Shown here: positions 52,146 to 64,000 of the stretch, in pieces
How the letters are laid out: every line of letters starts with the position of its first letter
Numbering within the stretch: position 1 is the first letter of the stretch
From: Balanoglossus misakiensis
Taxonomy: Eukaryota > Animalia > Hemichordata
DNA length: 64,000 nucleotides
Direction: 5' to 3'
NCBI GenBank assembly: GCA_040954595.2
Contig: CM082581.2
Coordinates: forward strand, 8,020,059 to 8,084,058
The notes under the pieces: generated by a model
Databases searched by the model: none
Seen by the model: only the letters and a program-made list of their open reading frames with translations
Told to the model about the DNA's origin: nothing
Made by a program: the position numbers and the translations under genes

Positions 52146-55100
52146 TTCGGTCAAAGTAGTTCGACGCCGGCGTCTTCATCACCAACGAATTACACATAGA
52201 TTTCTGTTTAAAAAAATCAGGGTACCCAATATAGACATTGTAGATGCATCTCTGCGTGCACACGCGCGTCACTGTGTATCTTTGTGTTTGTGTGTGTATC
52301 CGCTGTATGTTTGTAAAGCACTCGATATGCTATTAATCACTCCAAGGGAAATAGAAGATTTGGAGAAGTGTTTTAATATGCAAATACATTTACATGTCTG
52401 CAATCAATTTACACACTTGTCCCATGCGTTTTGACGAGACCAAGCCGTTTGACAGGTATTCACCCTGACTTTGTCACGAACAGTTTTGAGCATAAAATCC
52501 CGAAAGCGGGACCACTGTATCTCAAATTATATGCAGAGTACCCCGGATGTTCTTGACCTCTACTTTTTTCTGTGGAATGAACGTCGTTAAATCAATTAAT
52601 GACCACTTAGAAGTTATTTTCAAGCCACGGAAAATCTATCAGGCTCACATCTTGTCATTCAGATGACGCGGAATGAAGGGGTAAAGTGATCGTTTAGGGG
52701 AATTTGGATCAGGGTCATCCTTACTCAGCATGGTTTTCAAAATTCTTTGTCATGCGCCATCGAGTCACAAATCACTGCCACTTTTGTCCGAACCAAGTGC
52801 AGTTCGGTCATCGATGCATCCACAAGTCTTTTTGGGGGTCGTTGATTTTTGGAAGTGTTTCGCCAAGTTAAATTTTGTAAACATGGCGAATGAGGTGGCG
52901 GAATCGACGGGGAGTGCAAGTCTGTTGGTCCATGGGGGAGGGGGATGGTGTCCACGGTTCTTCCGTGCGTAAACGTTTCCCGCAACGACCCGTTATCCAT
53001 GTGGTTGTGTGGTCACATGATACAGGCGTGTGACAGCACTAATTCAGATCGAGAAATTTGAGGTGTGAAGGATTGCATTTTTCCATTGTGCTGTTTAATC
53101 ACATTTGGATTCGCACATATTACGATCAGTTTCGTCGCGTTAACAGGTCTCTGGGAAAAGATAGTGTTCGTTTGTGAGTGGCGGTGATCGGACTTAGGGT
53201 GGACCGCCATCATCTCACAGTCCTTTACATGAATCGATACTGAAAGATTGTAATCTACCCAGCAATTACGCCTAAGTGAATCTGACGGGTCTAATAGGGG
53301 GACGTGGGAACCTTTCTCAGAACCCTTGAAAGAACCGGCGTGAGGCAAATACCGCGTCCTGGCCAAGAGACGAAAGAGTTTCTTCAAAGTAGCATTAACA
53401 CCACGAACTGTGAAAGCAGGCGAAGGCGTAAAAAGAGTGCTCCAACCGTTCCATTGTTGGCCGATTGGTCGCAATTATACACTCATTGTCTTACGGTGGC
53501 CACGACAAAGGGACGTTAACGGGCATCTTGTTTTTTTAATCGCCAGAATTGAAAGTGTGTGTACAGAAAAAAATGCGGGTGCGACCCCCTCCCTCCTCTT
53601 TAAACTTTAAACTTAAAACCCAAAGTAAACATTCCCACTCTTTTTTTATGGCAGTTTTGTCCCACATCAAGTTTGCCTTCGGCGGAGGGCAGTTGTTGTT
53701 GAAGATCCACGTTTTATCCCTTCAAAGGATGGGGATTGTCTTTTGGAAGATATTTACTCATTTGAAACTCGAGGAAAAGGTATACTTGTCTGTCACATGC
53801 TTTAAAAGATTAGCGGGAGATCGCGACTCACTATAAGATTGATATAGGTTTATTTTTTCTTTATCCATGTTGTCGACTTTTGTGACTTTTTGATGACAAG
53901 ACACCGTGGTCCCTGGCCTGACTTTAGATGCGGCTGATAGAGTGTGGGTGTGAAGAAACACCAAACAGAATCAGCGGGTCTTCACACAACAACGTTACCG
54001 CAGCAAAAAGATTTCGGCCCCGGAGGTGTGAAACAACGGCGGTAATTACAGGCTTCAATGTCCACGGCGATGGGGCACAGAATAGCCTGCGCAGCCTTAA
54101 AACAAAAGGTGTCAAACACCTGTTGAAGATCCGGGCGAAATCCCTGTGAACAGTTTGCAAAAGTCCCCCGCTGCTCAATTGTCACCTGGGCCTCCGCGGC
54201 TGAATGGGACCAACACCCAACAATCAAGCGAAAGTGGGGTCTGCTTGTGTTGTGGCCGGGTAATTAACGGCAATTAAGAAGGCCCCAGCACCCGAGCCCT
54301 AAACAATTTATCGTTGTTGTTTTGTTTGCGGTTTGGGTCAACTACGATTTTCAGGAAGACTGCACCTCTGTGCCCGGTGTTTGTCAGCAACTCTAATTGG
54401 ACAAAGTGAAGAACTTCGGAGGATGGCGGGGATGCCGGCCGTTGTTTGACCGTCTCGATTGGCCGTGTCACCCAAAATGCTCCCTGCAAGAGTAACACAA
54501 TCCACGTCGATTGTGTGGCAACTACTTCAGAGTTGAAGCTCCCTCTTTCCACCTTTTTGAACCAGGCATGACAATACCTCCTAAAAACCTCCACGGCCGC
54601 TCTTAGTCTTTGTTCGGTTTGATTGACAGCCCCCAAAATGTAAATTCCCTGCATCCTGGTTGAAGTCAGTCCGAGCTGTGTCGATAAGTCAAAGATAAAG
54701 CTTCTGTTGGGACAAAGGGGGAATTTTCGCATCCAGCTTCGCTAAGCTAACAATTGGTGTATACTTGAGCTGTCTTTCCCGCCCAAAATAACCCCTCTCT
54801 TTTGCCCCTTTCTAAAAATGACAAGGAGCTGTATTTTGACGAGCATGGATTCAATAATGGCACCATACTCCACACTTCTGGTACATTTTCCCCGTAACTC
54901 TGCCACCGTGTTTCACGACACAGGGCACTTAAATCCTGCAAAACACAACCCATGGTGTATACCAGTAATTGACTTCAATTTCCCGGTCTCCGAATTGCCA
55001 CAGCCCCTTCACGATGGCGCGTCTGTCTGGTCCACGAGGCAGGGGAGAGTACGACAGGTGGGCCCGGGAATAAGCCTTACCCGTCAAATTTCACGGTGGG

Positions 55101-58100
55101 CTTAACTGTCGCATAATTGGGGCATTTTGGCCTTTCACTGGGCGTGCCAAATTTGCACTGGGCAGACGCGGACTGAGCGAGGATCGGGTTGTACATTGTA
55201 CTATTTATTTTATCTTGGCAATGGGGTCTAGACACTATTGAAATCTTTTCATTGCTAATGCGTGATCTGATGCAATTTTGAAATCGAGTTTATCGCTTTT
55301 TTCTTCTTCTTTTTGCGATTATCACTTATCACGCGTTGTTTTTGAGTTAATAGTTTTATCACCTTTGCTGAGAAGTCGTTCGGATATCATGGTAATCACT
55401 TCCTACAGGGTCTTTTCGAAGGTTACAGTCAAATTAAGTCGTATGGTACGTAGGTCGTAGTCTTACACTATACTGGTACTGTTCACTGCTTGCTGCATAC
55501 ATTTCTAGCATTTACAGGCAAAAAAAAACTAAAATTTTGCGCACCTATCGCTGCGAATTCTGCCTTTTCCGTGGACGACGGGTCTAACCATGCAGTAATT
55601 GCACACACACGCGCAATCTATCGCCTTATACGACAACTATGTAGTTTGTGGAGCACAACAATAACACGGCAATCGGCGCAATAATTGCTGATTGCGGCAA
55701 CAAAAACTTCTCATTTCGAAGTTGTCATGTATCAATGCACCTCGTTAGCGTGTTATTTATTCGCTTAGGAAGTAGTCGGTGCCCCGTGGTTTCATTCACA
55801 ATTTTATCAATGGCCACCACGCGGGATGCTTTTGGGAAAGGTGTTAGCTTACGGTAGCTAATTGCTATATTCGGTAGATTGGTGGGCCGGGGTGTTAGAT
55901 AAACCAACTGCGCAGTTGTCTATGATACGCTAGTTAATATTTACTGTACGTATATACATTCATGCAAACCCTGCGACATTCTTTTCTCTTAACTTTTGGA
56001 CTTGTTCCGAACTACACGCTTGTTCTTCTCTGGTGCCGAGTTCAGAATACAGAACACTTTGGTCGAAAGAACCCTTGCCAAATGAACGACCAGCTGCTCT
56101 AAACACGACATTAACACCCTTTCACTTGCTTTGGCAAGCGACAGTCCGCCACCAGCGGCCGTGCGGCGGCGTTCCACCAGCGTGGTTCCACCATCGCGAG
56201 GCTTTGATTTTAAGAGAAATGGGAAAATGAACAGAGTTCAAGTGTAAACATAGTGTAATTTCGCTGTTCCAGCGTTTGTAAATCGGGCAAGCTATGTATA
56301 GTATTCAAGTTTGCTCGCTCAACCATAGACAGTGGCTGAACATGCGAGTGAAACAATGACCACACCCTTCAATGAGAACAGCGCCCCCATTCTGACATCT
56401 ACGTTTGCTTGTCGAGAGGTCGACAGTGGCATAATTCGTGGAGGCCTCAAAAAGTGTTGAGACCAAGGAGCAGAGAGAAGTGCATGATTCCTGACTGATG
56501 AAACAAAAACAGTCATCTTGAAATGCATTAAACCAGACAGGTCACTCACGCAGACGCATGTGATTCTTAAACTTATACAAAACGTATTTTAAAAGTATAT
56601 AGCTATTCACGCGCACTGACAATACACCAGAACTTGAATGTGTCTCTGACATACTGCCCATCTCTGTCTTTGGTGATTTGTCAAAGGGCTCTTCTGAAAT
56701 TGAGCGTCGGGTACTTGGCAAAAGCGAACATAAAGACCTGTCATTAAGTTACAATTGGCGGACAAGGAAAGAACTACCTAGCACCTTGCTCGACTTCAAT
56801 TGACGAATAACAACCTATATACGACATTAAAATGCCGCTTGTTGAATTCTTCTTCTTTTTCCCCTTCAACAGTTCGAGTGGGATCCCCAACGAGACAAAA
56901 AAGTCGCCTTTGAAGAACTGCGTTAATGATCTGCTCCCACGACGAATAAAAAAGTCTCGTCGGCACCCAAGCTTGAAAACGTCTCCTTTCAGGTTTAACG
57001 CAGCTTTCAAGCGAAAGTAAGTCCCACCGAAGCAAAAGAATCGGACGCGCATTGTGTTGCGGCAGCAGTCTGGAAAAGGCCTCTGTCACTACACGCAGAC
57101 AAAAAATTCGAGGATTGCAAAGTCAATCTGTAGACATGACTTTTAAGCAGCGATGGAATGATGTAACTGACTCTCAGTGCTCTCGTATGCTTACACTTTC
57201 TGACCACGATTTGTCGACTGCGCGTCACTTTGTGATATCGCGACCACTTCTCGCCAAGACCAGAGCCCCGCCAACCGTTCTAGAACTGCCGATTTAAACA
57301 ACTATGGACGTCATCGGTGTATTAGATACCCTATAACCACGTGCCTCCAGACCGAAGTTTTAAGACTCTTACATTATGGTTATTGTGTGGAGGTTTTCTT
57401 TGTATTCACAGAGATCTCCCCTTTTGTCAGGTTAAAATACCCCATCTCCAAATTTTACACTAAGACACCATTTACCTGTAGGTTTTCGTGTGTGTTTTTT
57501 CTTGTCAGAATCGACTTAGGAAGTGTTCAGGATGCACGTTGCGGATTGGTTTTCTTACTTAGCCCATTGGAGATAAATATTTACTTTGCGTGTAAAAAGG
57601 GTGATTGGTCTTGTTTTGAAATTAATCGCTACCTAGTCAGCGAGAAAACTCCTTTTCTTCTGTACAAGTTTTAATCGTTCGTATAATTAGTCGCACAGGA
57701 CAGAATGGAAGCTATATCCGGGACTTTTAAGCGACCCACACAAAGTTGACAGTATTTAATCCCAAATTATGCCAAAACTTGGGTGATTGAACCCGCACCA
57801 AGACGCGACTGAATGTAATCGCGGTTTGATTGACAAGTGTGAAATTTCTGTTGTCTTTTCCCACCCTTCATGATTCGCTTTACACCGTTATGACCGAAAA
57901 AGATGTTAATGATAATAACGACTAGAAAATTAAAGCTGCAAGCAGCGTTGGCGGGGCACAAGCGGTTCCCGTGGTGACCAGCAAATGCCACGGCTGTATC
58001 TGCTGGGGATACCAATATATGGGAAAGTAGGTCAAAGGACACCTGAGGTCACCCCAAATTTGGCCAAAAAAAATTGGACCCCATACTAGTCTAGATCCAA

Positions 58101-59138
58101 CAAAAAACCAGACCCCTAGCTCTATTGGTTCGCCTGCAATTAGATATGCATATAATTAATGAGGTCTTGTGTAAGACTCCATTATGTGCTCAATCCCCAT
58201 AAAAGCCAGGGCTCTAACTGCTCTGGATGCTGAGATATGGGAAAGTAGATCAAAGGTCACCCAAGGTCACCCAAAATTAGGGCATAAAATTTTGATCCCA
58301 GAGTGGGCCATGTCCAACCAATACCAGACCTCTAGCCCTATTGGGTAGCATGGAATTAGATATGCAGAAAAATGATGTTTCAGAAATAGGTCAAAGGTCA
58401 TTGTCAAAATTACCAAAATATTTGTGTCATGTTCTGGCAGCATTGGTACCCATGTCCACAAAATTCATGACTGTGGTGCTTTGACAAGAGGAGGTATGGG
58501 GAATATGCATATATAATTATTTGTTTTAAAACTGGGTCAAAGGTCATGTGAAAATTGCCCCGAAAAATTGTGACAACTTCCGGTCATATGATGACTCATA
58601 TCCAAAAAAAGAATTTCCATGCTGTCAACATTTTGGCTACAAAACGGAATTATCACTTTTCAATGGTTTTCCGAAAATCCAACATGGCCGCCATAATGAT
58701 CGACCAATCACATTGCGCTTCGCAAACTTGATAGACATAGGTTAGGTGACCACATATCCCAAATCCCGAGACTCGGTAACCGCTGGTTCTGGAGAAGAAG
58801 ATTTTTAAAGTTATAAGTAGTTTTTCAGAAAAACAATTGTAGCAAAAAACCTTTATGTATGACGTCATGATTTTATGGGGTAAAATGATGGACATAAGGT
58901 AGGCTACCTGCACACCAAATTTGAACTCGATCGGCCCAGTGGTTTTTGAGAAGGACTCATTTAATGATTTTCAGGAAATCCAATATGGCCGCCAGGTCAC
59001 GTGACTAATTAAATATTCACGAGCCACTGCACGTCTACTCATTGGCCCCTACCACCCTACCAAGTTTCAGCCCCCTAGGTGCTGCGGTTTTCCAGATCTA
59101 CCTGGCCGATTATTTGCAGAAGAAGAATAATAATAAAG

Positions 59139-62087
59139 AATTAAAGCTGCAAGCAGCATTGTCCGGGCCCAAGCTCTATTATCTGATCAGATTATTAGAT
59201 ATGCACATAATTAATGAGTAGAAACATAATGCTGTGTTTTATCCCAAGAAATATCAAGGTTATATCTATGTTTGGTGCTGATATAGTGTTAAGTAGGTCA
59301 AAGGTCAAGTAAGGTCACCCAAAATTTGGGCAGAAAATGTTGACCCATAGTGGTCCATGTCCAACAAAAACCAGACCTCTAGCCCTTTTGGTTAGCCCGG
59401 AATTAGGTATGCACATAAATAATGAGTTAAGCAGGTGTCACAGGTGACCCAAAACTTTGGCTTTTCATTATGGCCCCATACCTTCAAACGCCAAGGCTGT
59501 ATCTGCTGTGGATGTCGAGATATGCAAAAGTAGGTCAAAGGTCACCCGAGGTCACCCAAAATTTGGGCAAAAATTTTCGACCCAATACTGGTCCATGTCC
59601 AACAGAAACCAAACCTCTAGGTCTATTGGTTCATCTGTAATTAGGTATGCACATATTTAATGAGGTCAGCAGAGGTCAAAGGGGTCATGAAAAGTAGCGA
59701 AATTTTTTGATCACATACAAATCCACATACATCAAAAACCAAAATCATAGCCCTATAGGTTAGCCTGTAATTAGATATGCAGTAAAAAATGATGTGTCAA
59801 AAGTAGGTCAAAGGTCATTGCCAAAATTACCAAAATATTTGGGGTAGGTCCTGGCAGGGATGGTACCAATGTGCACAAAAATCAGAACTCTGGTACATTT
59901 AGAACACGTAGTATGAGCTATATATGCATATATGCAGGTTCTTAAAAAAGTAGGTCAAAGGTCATGTGAAAATTTCCAAAATATTTGCAACATATTCTAG
60001 TCATATCACGACTCATATCCATAAAAAGAATTTGTATGCTATCTATTTTTAGACTAGAAAAATGATTTCTTAATTTTCGCTGGTTTTTACAAAATCCAAT
60101 ATGGCCGCCATAATCTTCGACCAATCACAACGCTCTTCGCAAACTTGATAGACATCAGTTAGGTGATGTCATACCCTAAATCCCATGACTCGGTTATTGC
60201 CGGTTCTGGAGAAGAAGATTTTTGAAGATTTTACTGTACTTTTTCGAAAATCCAATATGGCGGCCAAAGTCACGTGACCGCTCAGGATTTTATTGTCAAA
60301 CTTTGAAGGGCAGAGGACATGTGTACCATACACCAAATTTGAACTTGATTGGCCCTGTGGTTTTTGAGAAGAAGCCATTTAAAGATTTTCAGAAAATCCA
60401 ATATGGCCGCCAGGTCATGTGACTAATTAAATATTCACAAGCCACTGCACATCTACTCATTGACCTTGACCACTGTAGCAAGTTTGAGAAGTGTACCTGT
60501 AGCCGTTTCAGAGATCTAGGAGAGCAAAGATTGACATAAGAATAAAGAAAGATTAAAGCTGCAAGCAGCATTGTCCGGGCCCAAGCTCTATTATCTGATC
60601 AGATTATTAGATATGCACATAATTAATGAGTAGAAACATAATGCTGTGTTTTATCCCATGAAATATCAAGGTTATATCTATGCTTGGTGTTGATATAGTG
60701 TTAAGTAGGTCAAAGGTTACCCAGAGATCACCAACAATTTGGGCAGAAAATTGTGACCCATAGTGGTCCATGTCCAACAAAAACCAGATCTCTAGCCCTT
60801 TTGGTTAGCCCAGAATTAGGTATACACATAAATAATGAGTTAAGCAGGTGTCACAGGTGACCCAAAACTTTGGCTTTTCATTATGGCCCCATACCTCCAA
60901 ACGCCAAGGCTGTATCTGCTGTGGATGTCAAGATATGCAAAAGTAGGTCAAAGGTCACCCGAGGTCACCCAACATTTGGGCAAAATAGTTTTACCCCATA
61001 CTGGTCCATGTATAACAAAAACAAAACCTCTAGGTCTATTGGTTCACCTGTAATTAGGTATGTGCATATTTAATGAGGTCAGCAGAGGTCAAAGGGGTCA
61101 TGAAAAGTAGCAACATTTTTTGATCACATACAAATCCACATACATCAAAAACCAAACTTATAGCCCTATTGGTTAGCCTGGAATTAGATATGCAGAAAAA
61201 TGATGCGTCAAAAGTAGGTCAAAGGTCATTGCCAAAATTACCAAAATATTTATAGCTTATTCTTGGCATATGATGATTCATATCCATAAAAAGAATTTCT
61301 GTGCTATCAATTTTTAGGCTAGAAAGGGAATTTTTTCTTTTTAATCGTTTTTCACAAAATCCAATATGGCCACCATAATCTTCGACCAATCACAATCCCC
61401 TTCGCAAACTTGTTAGACATCTGTTTAATGACCACACACACCAAATCTTGTGACTCGGTTATCGCCGGTTCTTGAGAAGAAGATTTTAGAAATTTTACTA
61501 GGGTTTTTCGAAAATCCAATATGGCCACCGTAATCTTCGACCAATCATAATGATCTTCGCAAACTTGATAGACATAAGTTAGGTGACCACATACCCTAAA
61601 CCCCGTGTCTTGGTTTTCACTGGTTCTGGAGAAGAAGATTTTTAAAATTTAAGCCAGATTTCAGAAAAAAAATTGTAGCAAAAAACTGCAACTTTGTCAG
61701 CATAATTTCTAATTACAAAAATGATGGGCAGAAGGTAGTCTACCAGCTTGCCAAATTTGAAGTCGATCTGACTTGTAGTTTCTGAGATCTGAGATTTGCA
61801 TTTTTTCAGAAAATCCAAGATGGCCGCCAGGTCACGTGACTAATTAAAAATTCAAGGGTTCAATGCACGACTACTCATTGACCTTGACCACTGTAGCAAG
61901 TTTCAGAAGTGTACCTGCAGCGGTGTCTGAGATCTCGTGGGTCAAAGAATTGACACAAGAATAAAGAAAGAAAGAAAGTAAAATTCCAACGAAACCAATA
62001 CGGGCCCAAGCCTGGCTTGGCTTGGGCCCGTAAAAAACTCCAACGAAACCAATACGGGCCCAAGCCTGGCTTGGCTTGGGCCCGTAA
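59139..62087 (-). mobile_element. HINE element 2 (middle; body 59139-60551 plus 5' terminus about 62034-62087)
   Basis: ATTAAAGCTGCAAGCAGCATTGTCCGGGCCCAAGC at 59140; terminal hairpin TACGGGCCCAAGCC...GGCTTGGGCCCGTA at 62053-62086. Confidence 0.8.
60552..62033 (-). mobile_element. HINE element 3 (innermost, uninterrupted, about 1.48 kb)
   Basis: Same end sequence at 60552 and terminal hairpin at 61999-62032; body highly similar to element 2. Confidence 0.82.
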
Positions 62088-64000
62088 AAATTCCAACAAT
62101 ACCAATGGGGGCACAAGCCGCCTGAGGGCGCTTGTGCCCCCAATTACTCAGGCCAAATAGATTGGTATTAACATCCCCCATTCAGCTTCTAAACAGAATG
62201 ATCACAAGTTGTACCGTCAACATAACTCCATTAACAAACATTCACAGTTTTTTTTTTACCGCAGCAAATCAAAATTCTGACGCCATGGCATTTTCAGTGT
62301 ATCTATACTCGATTAAACAAACAATAAACTTGAATAACAGTCACTCAGAAATACATATTCCGCAGAATCCGCGCGCGCTCACCGGCATATACCCGGCTGT
62401 GGGGAGCCCTAATTAGGTACAATTTCAGGCAATTGGGCATTTAAATACTATTTTGTTGCAGGAAAATCGCCGTGATCAGCCGCCTATTGGAAACAATCCC
62501 GTTTGATTAATGTATCTTGAAAGCTGAGGAAAATACCGCTTTGACTGCACAATGTGGCAATTATCCTGAATGCAACCGCTGCTTATTTCTGCCGGTGTAA
62601 TTTTAAAGTAGCGTTTTGCCATTCCAAAAAGTCCCACGACTCGCGCTAAATATCCCCCATTCACGGCGTTACTTCGTTTCGCCAGTCAGAAAGAGCAGTC
62701 AAGCTGCGTAGTTAACAAGATGGCAGAAAAAAAACAGCAGTCAATTTGTCATCTTTTTTTATGACGGGGGATTGTACTCTCAATTTAGTTGTGATTGTGC
62801 ACGCAGCGTGGCTTGTTGGGAGAAATCCGTACAATCACCTTTTCCCTCTGCTTTCTTGGTTGGTCTGCAAACGAAGTGTAATTGCCCGGGTTGATTAGAT
62901 ATTTGACGCGTCATAATAAATTGTGACATTTTGACGAGCCAGATATGACTTGTCATTATTTTTTTCGGTGGTTGTGCTCATGGAAGTCGGCAGTAAACCC
63001 GATTCTTTTGCCAATTAAGAGAGTATTCGTGAAGTATACAAACAGTTTTGTTGGTGCGAAGACGGGTCCATCCGATCAGAATGGCTGTTGATGACCTAGC
63101 AGACGCGTATTTTCAGAAAGTTATCTGACATCGCTTCGTGCCCACCACACGTTTTCCAAAGACGTAACTGTGAACGCTCATAATTTTTTTCCTGGGGCTA
63201 CTTTTCATACCACGAAGTTTGTCAAAGAAAAATATCGAAATCCAAGTGTGAAAGTCTTGAAAGCTATATACACCAAATCTGCCAACTCTTAGCAAACTGC
63301 GTCGAGGGTGGGCATATTCACTGTAAGATATTTTAGCTCAGCATTCCGCGCTAACTTCCTTGATAAGAAATCAAGGTCCGTTCTTTAAGTTTAAAAATTC
63401 AAATATACAGTCTTACGAAAACACTCTTACTTCGCTGCACATAAACACAGTTCTCCGATAATTATCGGCTTGGCTTTTTCTCTCTGCCCGCTTCACCTTT
63501 TATGCTTTTCCTGAAAGGAATTTTCCTCCAAACAACTGTATTTTATCCACTCGGACAGGCACGGTGAAAGTGTTGCCTTGGCAACACCACACGTGATGAG
63601 CCGCGATTGTTGTCGCCGCGAAGTCGAACAATCTCCCTCCGCAGAGGCGGAAAATACTCGGGCAAAACCGAACTGAGCTCTGAAAGCTCCGCAAATTCCC
63701 CTGATCGGATATAGATGGAGTCCTTCAAGCAGTCACTGAAGGGATTTCTCCGCTCCCCTTTCTTGCGTCTGCATAGATTATTGTTTTGCTTGATGAATGG
63801 CCATTGAGACCCCGCTTCTCAGTCCTGTTAAGTGCGATCGACACCCTCTCAATGGGGGTAATTAAGTACACTGCCAACAACAGAGCCCCCCAAAAGAACC
63901 CTCCGCGTTCAGCTTTCCCCGGGTTACAGCAAATAACCCCCCTAATTAACAAAGTGTTCTCCATGCAGCCCTTTGTTTAACTACAAACTTTTTTAGGGGT

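Larger units (their letters stand above)
57921..62146 (-). mobile_element. HINE element 1 (outermost; body 57921-59138 plus 5' terminus about 62088-62146)
   Basis: Hairpin GCTGCAAGCAGC (57935-57946) plus subTIR GGGGCACAAGC (57953); the matching terminal hairpin TGGGGGCACAAGC...GCTTGTGCCCCCA occurs only at 62106-62142. Confidence 0.8.

Overview
Eukaryotic (invertebrate bilaterian; deuterostome/hemichordate-like is a guess, not proven) genomic DNA of roughly 40% GC containing part of the NK homeobox cluster. Two two-exon genes lie in tandem on the + strand: NK4/tinman/Nkx2-5 (11842-13510) and NK3/bagpipe/Nkx3-2 (31126-32270). Each has one phase-1 intron ahead of the homeobox. I found no other intact protein-coding gene; the rest is non-coding DNA with microsatellites and non-autonomous transposons. 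The most striking structures are: (i) three Helentron-type non-autonomous elements (HINEs) nested one inside the other at the equivalent subterminal site (57921-62146), rich in perfect DR1 nuclear-receptor motifs; (ii) a 3.2-kb foldback element whose arms are built from 31-bp and 10-bp modules, enclosing a decayed Penelope-like reverse-transcriptase fragment and a nested MITE (45352-48519); (iii) a partly duplicated HINE 1.4 kb upstream of NK4 whose junction forms a near-perfect 27-bp hairpin. All calls come from reading the sequence; no database searches were run.
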